A stretch of 64,000 bases of DNA from NCBI RefSeq assembly GCF_964204645.1, contig NC_134028.1:2232001-2296000 (forward strand), in the 5' to 3' direction. Of this stretch, positions 11,924-23,600 are shown piece by piece. A program made the translations under genes and the position numbers. Numbering within the stretch: position 1 is the first letter of the stretch; the number at the start of each line of letters is the position of its first letter. The notes beneath the pieces were generated by a model, which worked only from the letters and a program-made list of their open reading frames with translations, did not search any database and had not been told where the DNA came from. Source of the DNA: Tubulanus polymorphus (taxonomy: Eukaryota; Animalia; Nemertea).

Positions 11924-14900
11924 TTAATCGGTGCTGATGAGATCCCCGCTGATTTGAGGAACCTCTCCAGCGACCTCGCCGACCTCTTCTAACTCGTCGT
12001 CGTCGTCCTCGTCGTTAAACTCGTTTGATTTATCGTAGGTGAACGTGCTGCGGGACAAATCGACCTCGATCGGAAACACATCTGCTTCTTTCAATACCGA
12101 ATGACAATCCGTATGATATTTAGACATCGCCGAAACGAACCGCTGCAACTGGAATACTATATCTTGTACTGAAAAACAAAAACAAACAACAGAATTCATA
12201 GATGTTCACTTGAATGGTAAATTTCTCGATATCCCTGTAAGTCATAGTTTGTAAGTCATATTTTAACGGCTAAGTTGCACTAGGATTTGATGTCCCAATT
12301 ACGGTAAATCTAATGGCTTAAAGTCACATGTCAATCTTCCTGTTCTCAGCTGATATCTAAACTGTATCATACGCGTACCATGTTTTTGATCTAACAGCTC
12401 GAGTTTAACGAGAACGTCACTTCTCATCTTGGCAAATCGTGCTCGAGCTTCTTGTCGGCAACGTAGAATCAATCTAAAATAGAACACAATCACAGGTTTA
12501 AGTCGAGGCAGCTGAGCTCATAATGATGAAATACCAATCACTTCTTAAATACATGTATTGATGAATTTGATGGTACCAGTAGGATTCCACGTACCTGTAT
12601 TCATAGTTTCCAGTCTCAACCCGATACAGAGGTTCCTGTAAGGCCGCGTAGCTGTATTCTTCATCATCCATTTCTTTCACTTTCAAACAATACGACTGTT
12701 ATAAAAAAATAAAGAAAATGTAGTATAATCGAGCTACCCAGAAACTTATGCCTACCTTAACCTTCAAACCAGCCACTACTTACCAAGTACTCAAACTTTG
12801 CGTCTAGATATTTCTTGATAGTTAGTCTTGTATCAGGTACAGCTTTGTTCAAATAAGTGTTCAGATCGCTGATCATCTAGAAAATAATCTCACAACCTTC
12901 AAAATCACATGAAATTAGCCACACTAGCAAAGAAATTAGTTAATCTAATTCGCTAATTCGTTTAACTAACAAGCAATCTAATAGCAATTAAAACTACTAT
13001 ATACAATTTGCATTTCACATTGATAAAATATGTGCAGAACAGAACACAAAAATATAACGAAATCAAACTAGATGATTTTAATAAGGCTGAAACATCGAAA
13101 ATCAAAATGAGACCACATTGCGAGTCAATGTTCAACTTCCGCTCAAAAGAAAAGGCTTGATTTTTTAATCTTCTCTCCATAACAACTCCACTCATTTATC
13201 TTATTGATTAATCTTTGATTTCTACTAAACTCATATAGAATTTCAGCAGGTAATAACACGACATAGGGTTTCACAGAGACATAGTACTTCAAATAGCCAA
13301 TTATTGATGCTACAATTCTTCTACAATGATCCATATTTCAAAATGAATCATTTCATTCCTAGAATAAACTTCATCTATTTGAAATACTAGCACTAGTTTT
13401 ACCAGGATCATCTCACCACACACAGAGATAAGCCATTTACGGGTGAGTTTATATCGGAATCGGGAAGAGTAGGAGATACGAGAAATTCCCGCCGGTTGAG
13501 AGTGAAGAGCGAGAGAGAGAGAGAGAGAGGGGGGAGAAACGATTCTTACAGGTTTACATTTCTTTAAACAGCTAACAGCGAATCGTTCGATATCTCTGTG
13601 AGCGTCACCGAAATGTGTGAACGCTTTACTGGCGGCGGGTTGTGGTTCGCGTACCCCAATAGCAGCGAATACATCACCAAACGCTGTAAACACAGTAAAA
13701 AACAAAATAATAAAACAATCGCACTAAAAATATCAACTACACACATATAACAGGGTGGCCACTGTTCCCTCACTGTTCCCTGAATCCAATCAATTAACAC
13801 AGTCAAATATGTTAAGACATAGACGGAAACTGTTTGATTTTAAGCGCCACCTGCAATCGCAACAACTTTCCATGACTTTTCCCTGATTTCTATTTAGTGG
13901 CAACCCTGTATAAGAATGTACATGGAGCCACTCATAGTCCAGTTCATATCATATCATTTTAACATAAGGCCTGATTCCAGAGTCAAGTCAAAAATGGGAA
14001 TATATGTATTGATTGATTTCCAATCATCATGCCTTATCTCTGATACTGAATAACTTCACCTATGGGTGGCTCGATGTTTAGATCTAACAAAGAATAACTG
14101 ACAATCCGACAGTAGTGTGCATGTGAATTAATTTCAACAGGCACCCAGTCGTATTGTCAATACTGATGATAATGTACAGGGTTTTCACGAAAAATGTTTA
14201 AAACGATTCCTTGTTAAACTATTTTGTGAATACGGTAGATACATCCTCTTTGGGTTAAAACGAAGAGCAGCAAATAAAAATACATCAAAGCTTTCAATAA
14301 TTCTATACAGGAGAATTTGGTATTAATTAAGCGATTTTCAATTCAACCTTTAAATTACTCTGAATGCACCTATTTTCCAAAGATGTGTGCCTGATGAAAC
14401 ATCTGTATCTGCTGCTCTCTGGTCTCATAAACCCTAAATTGTCGAAGCCGGCTTCATTGGTAGGGGGAATATTCTCGCATTCGGATGAAGAAATTATGAA
14501 TAGCACACTCAGAAACACAAATCAGTCTTAATCAGCTCTTGCAGGGAAAACGATTCTAAGAAAATCAACTAAACGTGTGCATTACATGAAGTTAAAATAT
14601 GGTGACAATTCATAAGTGCAACACTTTTCGCAATAGTCTTTCACACGAAAACAGGGTTCATATTTCCCATGTTCTGAATACACGGAAATCAATTAGGAAT
14701 TTATGAAGTTTGTTTCAAATACAGCGATGAATATTCAATTTGTGTCACGAACCAAGACAACATGCCAATCAAGGACCGTGACGATGATTAAAGGATTTTA
14801 GAGCAAATGGTATTCAAGGTCTACAATTGACCCATTCCCAAGGACTTTGAAGGACCGCTATGAACCGTACAACAACATTCCCATCGCCTGGTCGAAGTCG

Positions 14901-17900
14901 CGATGAAAATCTACAGTGCGCAACTACTGCAGAAAGTGTAGCACGAGTATTCAATGCAGGATCTCTTACAGGTTTAGCCGTTTTCAGCAATCGAATAGCA
15001 AATTTCTCGATATCCCTGTGAGCATTACCAAAAACAGTAAATGCTTCACTCGCCACAGGCTGCGGCTCTCGGACACCGATAGCCGCGAATACGTCTCCAA
15101 ACGCTGAAAATCATTACATTCAAACAAATAGAATTAGTAACAGACAACCTGACTCCATGAAGTCAGTAGACATCCCAGATTTTCCTAAAATTGATAAGAT
15201 TTCGATTTCCATTATTTTGGACCATATTTTTGCGTAGTCAAACTAGCGCTATTACCTTTATGCGTTAACGACAGTTCGAAAAATGCCTTCAGTAATTTTT
15301 TTGTATGTTCCATCAGACCTTGATAGGTTCCCGCTACTTTTTCGAGTTCTTCTAACTTTTTCACCAATCCATCTAAACAAAACACAAAAAGTATGTCGAT
15401 GCCCAATCACTTTCGTCCTTAATTTACTGATTTTTTCTGATAAGACATATTCATTGAAGTACACTAAATAGGCTATTATGATAGAAAAAAATACAAACCA
15501 TTGCACAGAATAGCACGACTGAGACCAAGAGCGTCAGCAGTACCGGAATTCATTGTCTCCACAACTCTATGTTTGACCTTTTTTAGAACTGGAAAAAAAA
15601 TAGTTGAGAAATATTTTTGTGCTCGCTTTATATTAGAACATATAAGTAGATAGATATAATCTTGGAGTAATCATTTGTCACTCCAAGGTGTAGGCCTAAT
15701 TGAGATATGATGTTTAATCTGAGATGAGAGGTGATGCTCCTTCATCTGGCTGAACTTACTGATGTCTAATGTTTTTCCTTGTTTAGGATCAGCATGTAGT
15801 TTGTTGTATTGAATAGTGACATCTCCCTAAATTCAAATACATCAAACAATTGTAACTAATAATAACTACCAATTCACTTTACTCCAGCTAAGCAACTGGT
15901 AATAAAAACGTACTTTAACCGATTGGATCATCCTCGCGACCTCGACTTTTGTTCGACCTTTCACGGATTGACCTTTGACGCCAACGATTTCGTCTCCGGA
16001 AGCAAGCGTAGCATCCTTCGCCGCTGGAGTATTATCGAACACTTGAACGACGTATAAACACGGGCACAAGGGGGCGCCACCGCCAATACTGATACCGATC
16101 AGATTTTGAGAATCTTTGACGAGAGTGACCGAACCTGAGGTAACGGTCATACCCCTGAAAATATATGAAACACATCCTGAATCATCAATCTATACGAACA
16201 TGAAAAAAAACTGTTTATAAATACCGAGGACATTGTTCCACGCGTTTAGCTATTTCCGTGGAGCGGATTTCTAAGTATTTTGGCATTAAATCCATCACGC
16301 TTGTTATATCACTATATACCGGGTCATAATGGTGCCTGTAAACTGTTATTATGCGCTAATAAAGCATTACTAATGAAAACCAATACAATGGAAGTAATAC
16401 GTTTTCACAATATGTAGCCCAACCTATATTTCTGGTCAGACTAACAAATGTCTGGTTCAAATGTTCCAGTGTTTAACCCTTAACCAGTTTGTTGTTTGTG
16501 ACATGGTAGACCTAATTATTTTTCATAGGCCTATTTGGTTTGGTGTCATAAATTGGTGACATTTCACTTTCCGATTTTCGCAGTAACATTTTAGTGGTTC
16601 TTCAGCTATTTTGGCTCTAAACCAGCAGATACGAGAACTGGTATAAAAACCTCTGCCTGGTTTGCCACGTTAGCAAGCTGTAAAATGTTCTGAAATAATG
16701 TCAATTGTTTGGGAAAAATCACATGAATATTTCAAGTTTTGCAACTGTCCTATGGCTGAGAGAACATTGGAAATTTGCTATAAGGCCCAAACTTCAAAAA
16801 ATTCAACTATAGTTTAAATTTTAAGACTTTTAATGATGAAATGATAGAGAAGCCGATGATTTTACATACAATGTGCGAATCAACTAGTGATTAATCAATT
16901 TTCATATATGCAAACTTCTGCATGAAAGTTACACCATTCAACAGCTTGTTACAAACAGCTTCCCCATAGCTTGTAGACCGGTTTCTATCTCTTCATGATT
17001 TTCTCAAAATAATTATTCTAATAATATGTTGTCAAAACCATTTGAGGAATTCTTAGGCAAAACTGGCTAGGGGTTTATTTACTACCATAATTGAACCTCG
17101 GCACCAGCTCTGAGCAAGTGGGCTTAAAAACTTGAATTCTATCCCGATCAATGTCGTCAATTCCTACCAACTTCTTAAAATTGGATTGTTTTTCACAAAG
17201 AATTTTACAAAATCTTAAAAGAATCCTATTGTATCAGCAGACATAAACCCTGTGCTACATCGGGATCGTTGCATTCAAATGAGACTTGGTCCTAAATGAA
17301 CGAAAAAACTTCAGATACATACATATCATCTTCCCAGGGAAGTTGTTCATATTTTGAGGTCGGTGATAATCGATCCATATCATAGGTAGGTACTGGAAAG
17401 TATCCATCATAATGATAGTCGTTGTAATCCATTCTCGGTTCAGTTTTTATTATAGTAACACTGGCAATATGCTACTACGTGTCACAATAAACTCATCTAG
17501 GGTAGAGTACATCCATCCGCTACACGAGCGAAAACCAGATTTGATTTTCAATGGTTAGCTATGAATATGCACCGTGCAACAATAAATCAAAATGTTTGAA
17601 TAGCTACCACAGGTAGACCACGACACATCCACTAACACAAGTCAGTTCAAAGGACAAAAACAACTGCTAATGAACAGTTAGTAACACTTTTTTATCCAAT
17701 GAATGGTAGGTAAAATGCTTTGTGTAACTATCCAGTGACAATCCAGTAACTGACTAACAGTCGAACACTGTGTACGATGTTGTGTATCAACCGATGTCAA
17801 CTTTCAGGTCAATTATCATAACAGAATAAACTAACAGTCACTGTCAGTAGAGGAGATATATTCAACCAATACAATATGTAGCAGTTGTTAGATTAAATAC

Positions 17901-19890
17901 TATGGCACAGCTGAACGAACGAACAGCTATAATGTGGGTTGAGAGGGGCGTAGACATTATTTACCGCTGGATATGAGAACAGCTGCGAAATCAAACAATC
18001 ACTGGTGACAGTTGGACGACCCCCCAAATAGACTAAAAGTGAATTGCTTCATGGACCGATAAACAAGAACAACCCATGAAAAAATGCCTATAGGCCTATA
18101 TATATTCATGTACTATGCTTGACCTTATAATTCACTTACCAAATTAAAGGAAACTTAATAAGTGGAATTAGTTTCAGTGTTACTTAAGCCAATCAAAAAC
18201 TTTAAATCAGTCCTCGAGTAATTAGCTGCACTAATTAGCTAGAATTAGTTTATTTTGTCTAATTAATTAGAGGTAAATATCTGTGTTACCTTAAGATTAA
18301 AAGGATTTAATTTGGGGGGGGCCAATTGTCTGGGGGGGGCAATTGTCCAGGGGATACCGTCCGGTATTTCTTATCTGAAGCCAAGTGCACACAGACCGTA
18401 AAAAACACGAAATAATGAATAAATTGACAATTTCTTCTTGTAGTCAATAGTCATCTTGTGTTCTCCTTCGTCCATTTATTTTCGATTTTTCAATTTTTCA
18501 AATTCCCTCATTAAGATGATTTTCTTTTTTTAATTTCTTAAATGAATATCTTAATAGTCTTTGAATCAAGAATGGTTAGAGATCGGCTAGTTTTAAGCCT
18601 AACTACAGGTGTTCTTGAGACCGCAGACAATTAGATCGGATCTTGACTTTAGTGACCTTAGTTAGGCTTTAAATTGAGTGATTTTTATGACTGAGCTAGA
18701 CCTAACTGATCCAGGGTCCAATCTAAGGGATGAAAGTCACTTGCCCAGGGGGCAAGCATATCTGAAATTTGGCTTGCCCCCCTCCAAAATTTACTTGCCC
18801 TACACAGGCAGTCCGATTGGTGGCACTATCATTCGTTGTATCGAGTGGGAAAAAAGCTTTGTGACATAAAATTGCACTAGCCCGGGGGACAAGTGATAAT
18901 GATAACCTACTTGCCCTAATGAGAATATACTTGTCCCGGGCAATCGGACAAGTGCTTAGATCGGACCCTGCTGATCCCATTTAAATTGCTTACTGAGTTC
19001 CCATTCGAACAGCATACTAAACTGAATAAGTCGATTCAATCTCCCAAACAAACACGGCAATTCATGTGACGCTGAGCTGTATCTACGTGAGTTCACCCAG
19101 TCCGAGTGGCGCCAGTTCACGACACTCCCTATACTGCATGTACTGAGAGATTGCATGATATACCATCACTAGCACTAAGGTTCTTAGTAAAAACAGTGAC
19201 TAGAGAGATGCCGATTTCGTCCATGTTATACTACAGTGGACAAGTGCAGTGGTTTAGAGCTAAAGACATATCATCGCCATCATCATTGTCAGCATTAGAC
19301 GAGAAGATTCACAATATCCGTGTATGATGATAACGAGAGAAATCCCACAATAACGAAGCCAAGAAAAATTCTATATCAGAATGATTATGTTTGAGGAATA
19401 CCTGATGATGGCTTACAGTTGTTAGCCATCATCAGGAGTACTGAAGGCGTACTGTATTCTATCAGTACGCCTGATGATAGCTAACAGGTGATAGCTGAAA
19501 CGTCGCTCCTCAAATATAATCATTCTGATATGGAATTTTTCAATCTTGGCTTCGTTATTGTGGGATTTCTCTCGTTGTCATTGTCAGCATTTCACAACTC
19601 ACTCATAATTCTAAGTTCTACAGTTCCTAATTAGAATCTTCAACATGATGAATGAAGGGAACTTAATCGTAGGAATAAGGGCAAGAAAGTGACAATTAAT
19701 AAAGAAAATTTGAATTTGAACAAACCCGGAAGTGAAACACGGAAGTAAATTGACGCTATTTTTTACACAAACGGCTTCTAAGTTAAATAAACATAATTTC
19801 AATGAATTAGGACCATATTTCGTTACTTCAATGTTTATTCTATTCATCTATCGCTTACATTTTATCCTCTTCTAATTCATAGTCCATCAT
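11924..19890 (-). CDS. PICK1: PICK1 (PDZ + BAR/arfaptin-homology protein). Exons 19859-19890, 15914-16154, 15760-15826, 15499-15588, 15256-15372, [14970-15103 or 13550-13683], 12784-12876, 12595-12695, 12379-12473, 11924-12168
   Basis: MMDYELEEDKM-GMTVTSGSVTL..NLIGISIGGGAPLCPCLYVVQVFDNTPAA (PDZ); ADALGLSRAILCND; LNKAVPDTRLTIKKYLDAKFEYLSYCLKVKEMDDEE; YRVETGNYEYRLILRCRQEAR; acidic C-tail. All introns are GT-AG and the phases join. Confidence 0.97.
13550..13683 (-). CDS. PICK1: PICK1 alternative exon 6B (134 nt), paralogue of 6A
   Basis: (A)FGDVFAAIGVREPQPAASKAFTHFGDAHRDIERFAVSCLKKCKP; acceptor ttacag, donor gtaag; same length and phases as 6A. Confidence 0.92.
13751..13908. mobile_element. Small MITE in the PICK1 intron just upstream of exon 6B
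   Basis: CAGGGTGGCCACT...AGTGGCAACCCTG, with TATAA on both sides. Confidence 0.7.
14970..15103 (-). CDS. PICK1: PICK1 alternative exon 6A (134 nt)
   Basis: (A)FGDVFAAIGVREPQPVASEAFTVFGNAHRDIEKFAIRLLKTAKP; acceptor tttcag, donor gtaag; phase 1 to 0. Confidence 0.92.
18712..18970. mobile_element. MITE with CAGGG termini; partial second copy at ~63625-63716
   Basis: TIR CAGGGTCCAATCTAAG / CTTAGATCGGACCCTG, with CTGATC on both sides. The 3' ~90 bp (GATAATGATAACCTACTTGCCCTAATG...) recur near the end of the window. Confidence 0.8.
19297..19577. mobile_element. Fold-back insertion, probably derived from a Penelope-like retroelement end, with 14-bp TSD
   Basis: TCATTGTCAGCATT at 19283-19296 and 19578-19591; ~70-bp inverted arms at ~19325-19397 and ~19507-19580; internal CTGATGA...GAAACGTC motif. 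Related fragments at ~45433-45551 and ~51866-51918. Confidence 0.7.
19463..19510 (+). ncRNA. Minimal hammerhead-ribozyme-like core
   Basis: CTGATGA (19471-19477), T, stem AGCTA/TAGCT, GAAA (19497-19500), CGTC. Stem I is only about 2 bp in this copy. Confidence 0.5.
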
Positions 19891-20608
19891 TTTGAAGGTT
19901 GATTTGTCTTGGCACCCGAAATGTAGACCCTTCTGCAGACTGTGCAGATATAGTTATCGGAGGCTTTAGAGCCTAGTAAGACTGGTGAGGATTCTTACAC
20001 GACAAAAGTCCGACGTGATAAAATAGTAACGTTAGTTAGCGGTAAACCTACTGTAAACGATGAAAATATCCGATCGTGAAACTAAACGGTAGAAAAACTT
20101 CTGACTTCAGAATTAAAAATTAAGTTGTTGAATTATTTTAGTTGATGTGCATTCTTACCAACAGCATATCATAGAATAGCAACGTAAAACTCTCGTCAGT
20201 TCCGTTATGAGTTTGCATTTATATTGAGGCACGAGATGGCTGTGGACTTAAGACCTCTCGTGATACACTCTTAATCTCTGCAGAATTTTACTGTAACAGC
20301 GATTGTCCCAATATCAAATTTCCATTCCTAGTCATAATATTCTACTTATCGATAATGTCTTACTGATAACTAAATAGAATTCATATTTACACATTATTTT
20401 ATCATTTTATAGGTCTAAATTCAGATTTTGGGAAATGATCTTGTCACGTCAATTATCGGAATGACAGCTTCATCTGATTTTGAACTGCCGAGTTATTCTA
20501 TCTTTAAAATAGTGATTTTTGGTTGAAGCTGGTGGTGTCAACTTATAAAACGGTGTAGAACTATTGTTTGTGATTTTGACATAAGGAACTATTTAATTTT
20601 TTGCTGAA

Positions 20609-23600
20609 ATGGAAACGTTAAACGCAGTAAATGAGCCAGCTAAAATAATGAAAATTTTCATTCCTCACAATTGCTGTATAGCTCCATCAGGAATACTTCT
20701 AGGAACTGTTGATGTCAGTTCAGCTTCAGTTTGTATATCCGGTATCTATTATCCACCTCTTGATTCAAACTACACCCCTGACAAGTGGATTCAAGCTTAT
20801 GAATCTAACAACACCGATAATGATAGTAGTATCAGAATCGTCGGAATCTGGCAAAACGAATCGGCCAAGAATATTTCAGACCTTGTCAATATTTCAAGCC
20901 ATCTAGAGAGATTATCGCTGAACTGGATATTCATAAAATCGTTAGATTCAGGAGATATCAGTTGTTCGGCCCGTGGTAACTGGAAGAATCTCAATTGTGC
21001 ATCAACAGTTTTCATTTTTGTGTATGATTGCGATCGCCTAATTCGTTCTGGAGATCTGATGATCGAAAAACAATTAAAACCCCATCTATCAACTCTAATT
21101 GGTTGTATTTGGGCAAATGTGCATCTCGACATGTTAAACAGAATTTCCTGTGGGGAACTAAAATGGTTTTTCCAACCTATTACTGAACAACAAAACTTAT
21201 TAGAATGCGCTCTTGTTTGGATGCCTAGAAAAGTGTTGAGTTTCACAGAAATGGTCTGGACAATTTTATCCAGAACATTTTCAAGGTGAATTTAATTGTT
21301 TAGTAAATTTCTCTTGATGAAAACGATTACGGTAGTTTAATTTCTACAGTCAATTTCAGATGTCCTGGAAATGAATTTGTATCATCTGTGATACAACTTC
21401 CTGCATCTGTATCTCAAGTCAAAGAGAAATATCACCAGTTGAAATATGCAGTTGGTGACAATAGAAGAAATGCAGTCTATCAGCACAGGTGAGGGTCTCC
21501 TGCAATTTAGTACAGTGTTATAACAGGACCCTGTTTGACTGTTTAGTTCGACTAGAATTAGTTATACTTTGTGTCAAAATAACTACGCCGAGAAGAGCTG
21601 AAATCCAAATTTTATGAATATTTCAGTCGATGGAATGCTCGGTTTGGAATAGTTTTGGATGTTCTCATTGGAATTTTCATCATGGTTTGGTTGATGCGAA
21701 ACGACAGGCATAATCAAATAGCTCATACAGTCATCACTTCAGCTCTAGTAAAATCATCTATTTGATAGAATACTTTTTGATATGAAGTCTCTTACCTTTT
21801 ATTCCCGCGAATATTCACTGTAGATTTGCTCTTAAATTCTAGAATTTGATAACAGAATTGCACCGTTTGTTGTCGTGGATTATGGGATTTCCGGCAGGTT
21901 TGAAATTGAACAATCATTTGGTTCAATTTCTTGGCAAGTTCTTTACTTACCACAATTATTTATGGACAGGTAGATCGTCAGATTTCATTTTGAATTTGTA
22001 AGAGTAAAAAAGTGAAGCCCCTATTCTTAAGTCTTTCTTCTACATTCAATGAAATAAATGTTCTATTTGCAGGTTATATGCATTTATTGCAGCCATTATT
22101 AGGCAGAGTTTTGTGGTATGGGTCATTATTTGGATGCCTCGGTTTATCAATGCAGCTCAGCTTCACATATGACCTTCTCAGCATGATGACTTTACATATT
22201 TACTGTTTCTATGTCTACGCTGCGAGGTGCATATTCAATCTATCTGCGTTTTAAAAGAAAAATTTGAAACTTCACACTCCTTCATACATGTCACTAAGTT
22301 TCCAATCTGCAGGAAATTCTATGCAAATGTTATTGTAGCCACCATTTTGTTTCAGATTGTATAGTTTAGAAGTGAGCATGTTGTCGTCCTTGTTTCGCCT
22401 GTTTCGTGGAAAGAAATGGAATGTTTTACGTAAACGAGTTGATTCTGCATCTTATGATATTGACCAGTTGTTTATTGGGACGTTATTGTTCACTGTATTG
22501 CTGTTCATACTGCCGACTCTTATCGTGTATTATGTAGCCTTTACTGCTGTAAGTAAAATGATATATTTTCTGTATTTGCAGACGAAATATTTCATTTGTG
22601 ATAAATATGATTAGAATTAAATATATAATGAAAGAATTCAGCTACATTAAAATTAAATCAGTAGTAATTCGGAAGAGGTACATTATTTCAAAGCACTTGT
22701 ACAATGTAGTAGCCTATGATACTTCATTGTTTTCAGTTGCGGCTCCTGGTTGTCATTATTCATGGAATATTGTGTCAAATAATTCACCTGTTAAACACAG
22801 TTCCAGTAGCTAGTCTGCTATTAAGGATTATCTGCCATTCGTCCCTTACTATTGGTGAGTCTATTTACTTGTTTTGTACCTCCTGGATATTCTATCAAAG
22901 AACAACCAGAAATACTAGTAATGTTTTTACAATAGATATCAACAAGTATTCGATGCATATTGAAGCCTAGATTCAATTGCGGGTGTGGTAGAAAAATTTA
23001 GATATACCTGCATTCATTTATTTTGTACATTTTCGTGAGTTTCTTCATGTAAATTGTTCTGTAGTAGGCATCACTGTATTCGCATTGGTTTCAAAATATT
23101 CAATTCATATAAATATGCAATCTATAAGAAATTCAGTCATAATGTAAATTATCTTGATAACAAGTTGGTTTGATATCGTCTTTAAAGTTTTCACAATAAC
23201 TAAAACGTTTTAGAACTTCTACCCGATATTTTGTGCCACCTGTCAGAGCAATGATTAGAGTATGTTGTGTATTCTATCCGATAGATGTCAGTAGTTGTCT
23301 GAGGCGCACAACGCTACAACGGCCTTTCCTTGTACTGGCTTATGCCTCGCTTCCATGGCTTGCTATAGATTTCCCAAAAGATTTTGTCTTTCGAGATATG
23401 AATATTATTGGAAGGCTATACAAATGTTCTGTATTGTGCATTGCTTTAAAGTAAATTGTTACCAACACGATTTGGGGTTACCCGTTTCGTCTGGTAATCA
23501 GACTGCATGTACCACAAAACACACTTCGTGTTGCATCGTAATCGATGAACTAGACAACTTGTTCGGCCAGGTACAGGTGTATCTGATCATACAGTCTGCA

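Noticed and set aside
14327-14518. 63-aa ORF between PICK1 exons 6A and 6B as a third variant exon
   Set aside because: No similarity to 6A/6B and no clear splice sites; the segment is better explained as one arm of the RNA duplex.
20797-21246. 149-aa minus-strand ORF
   Set aside because: Antisense to the first PIGQ coding exon, with no independent support.
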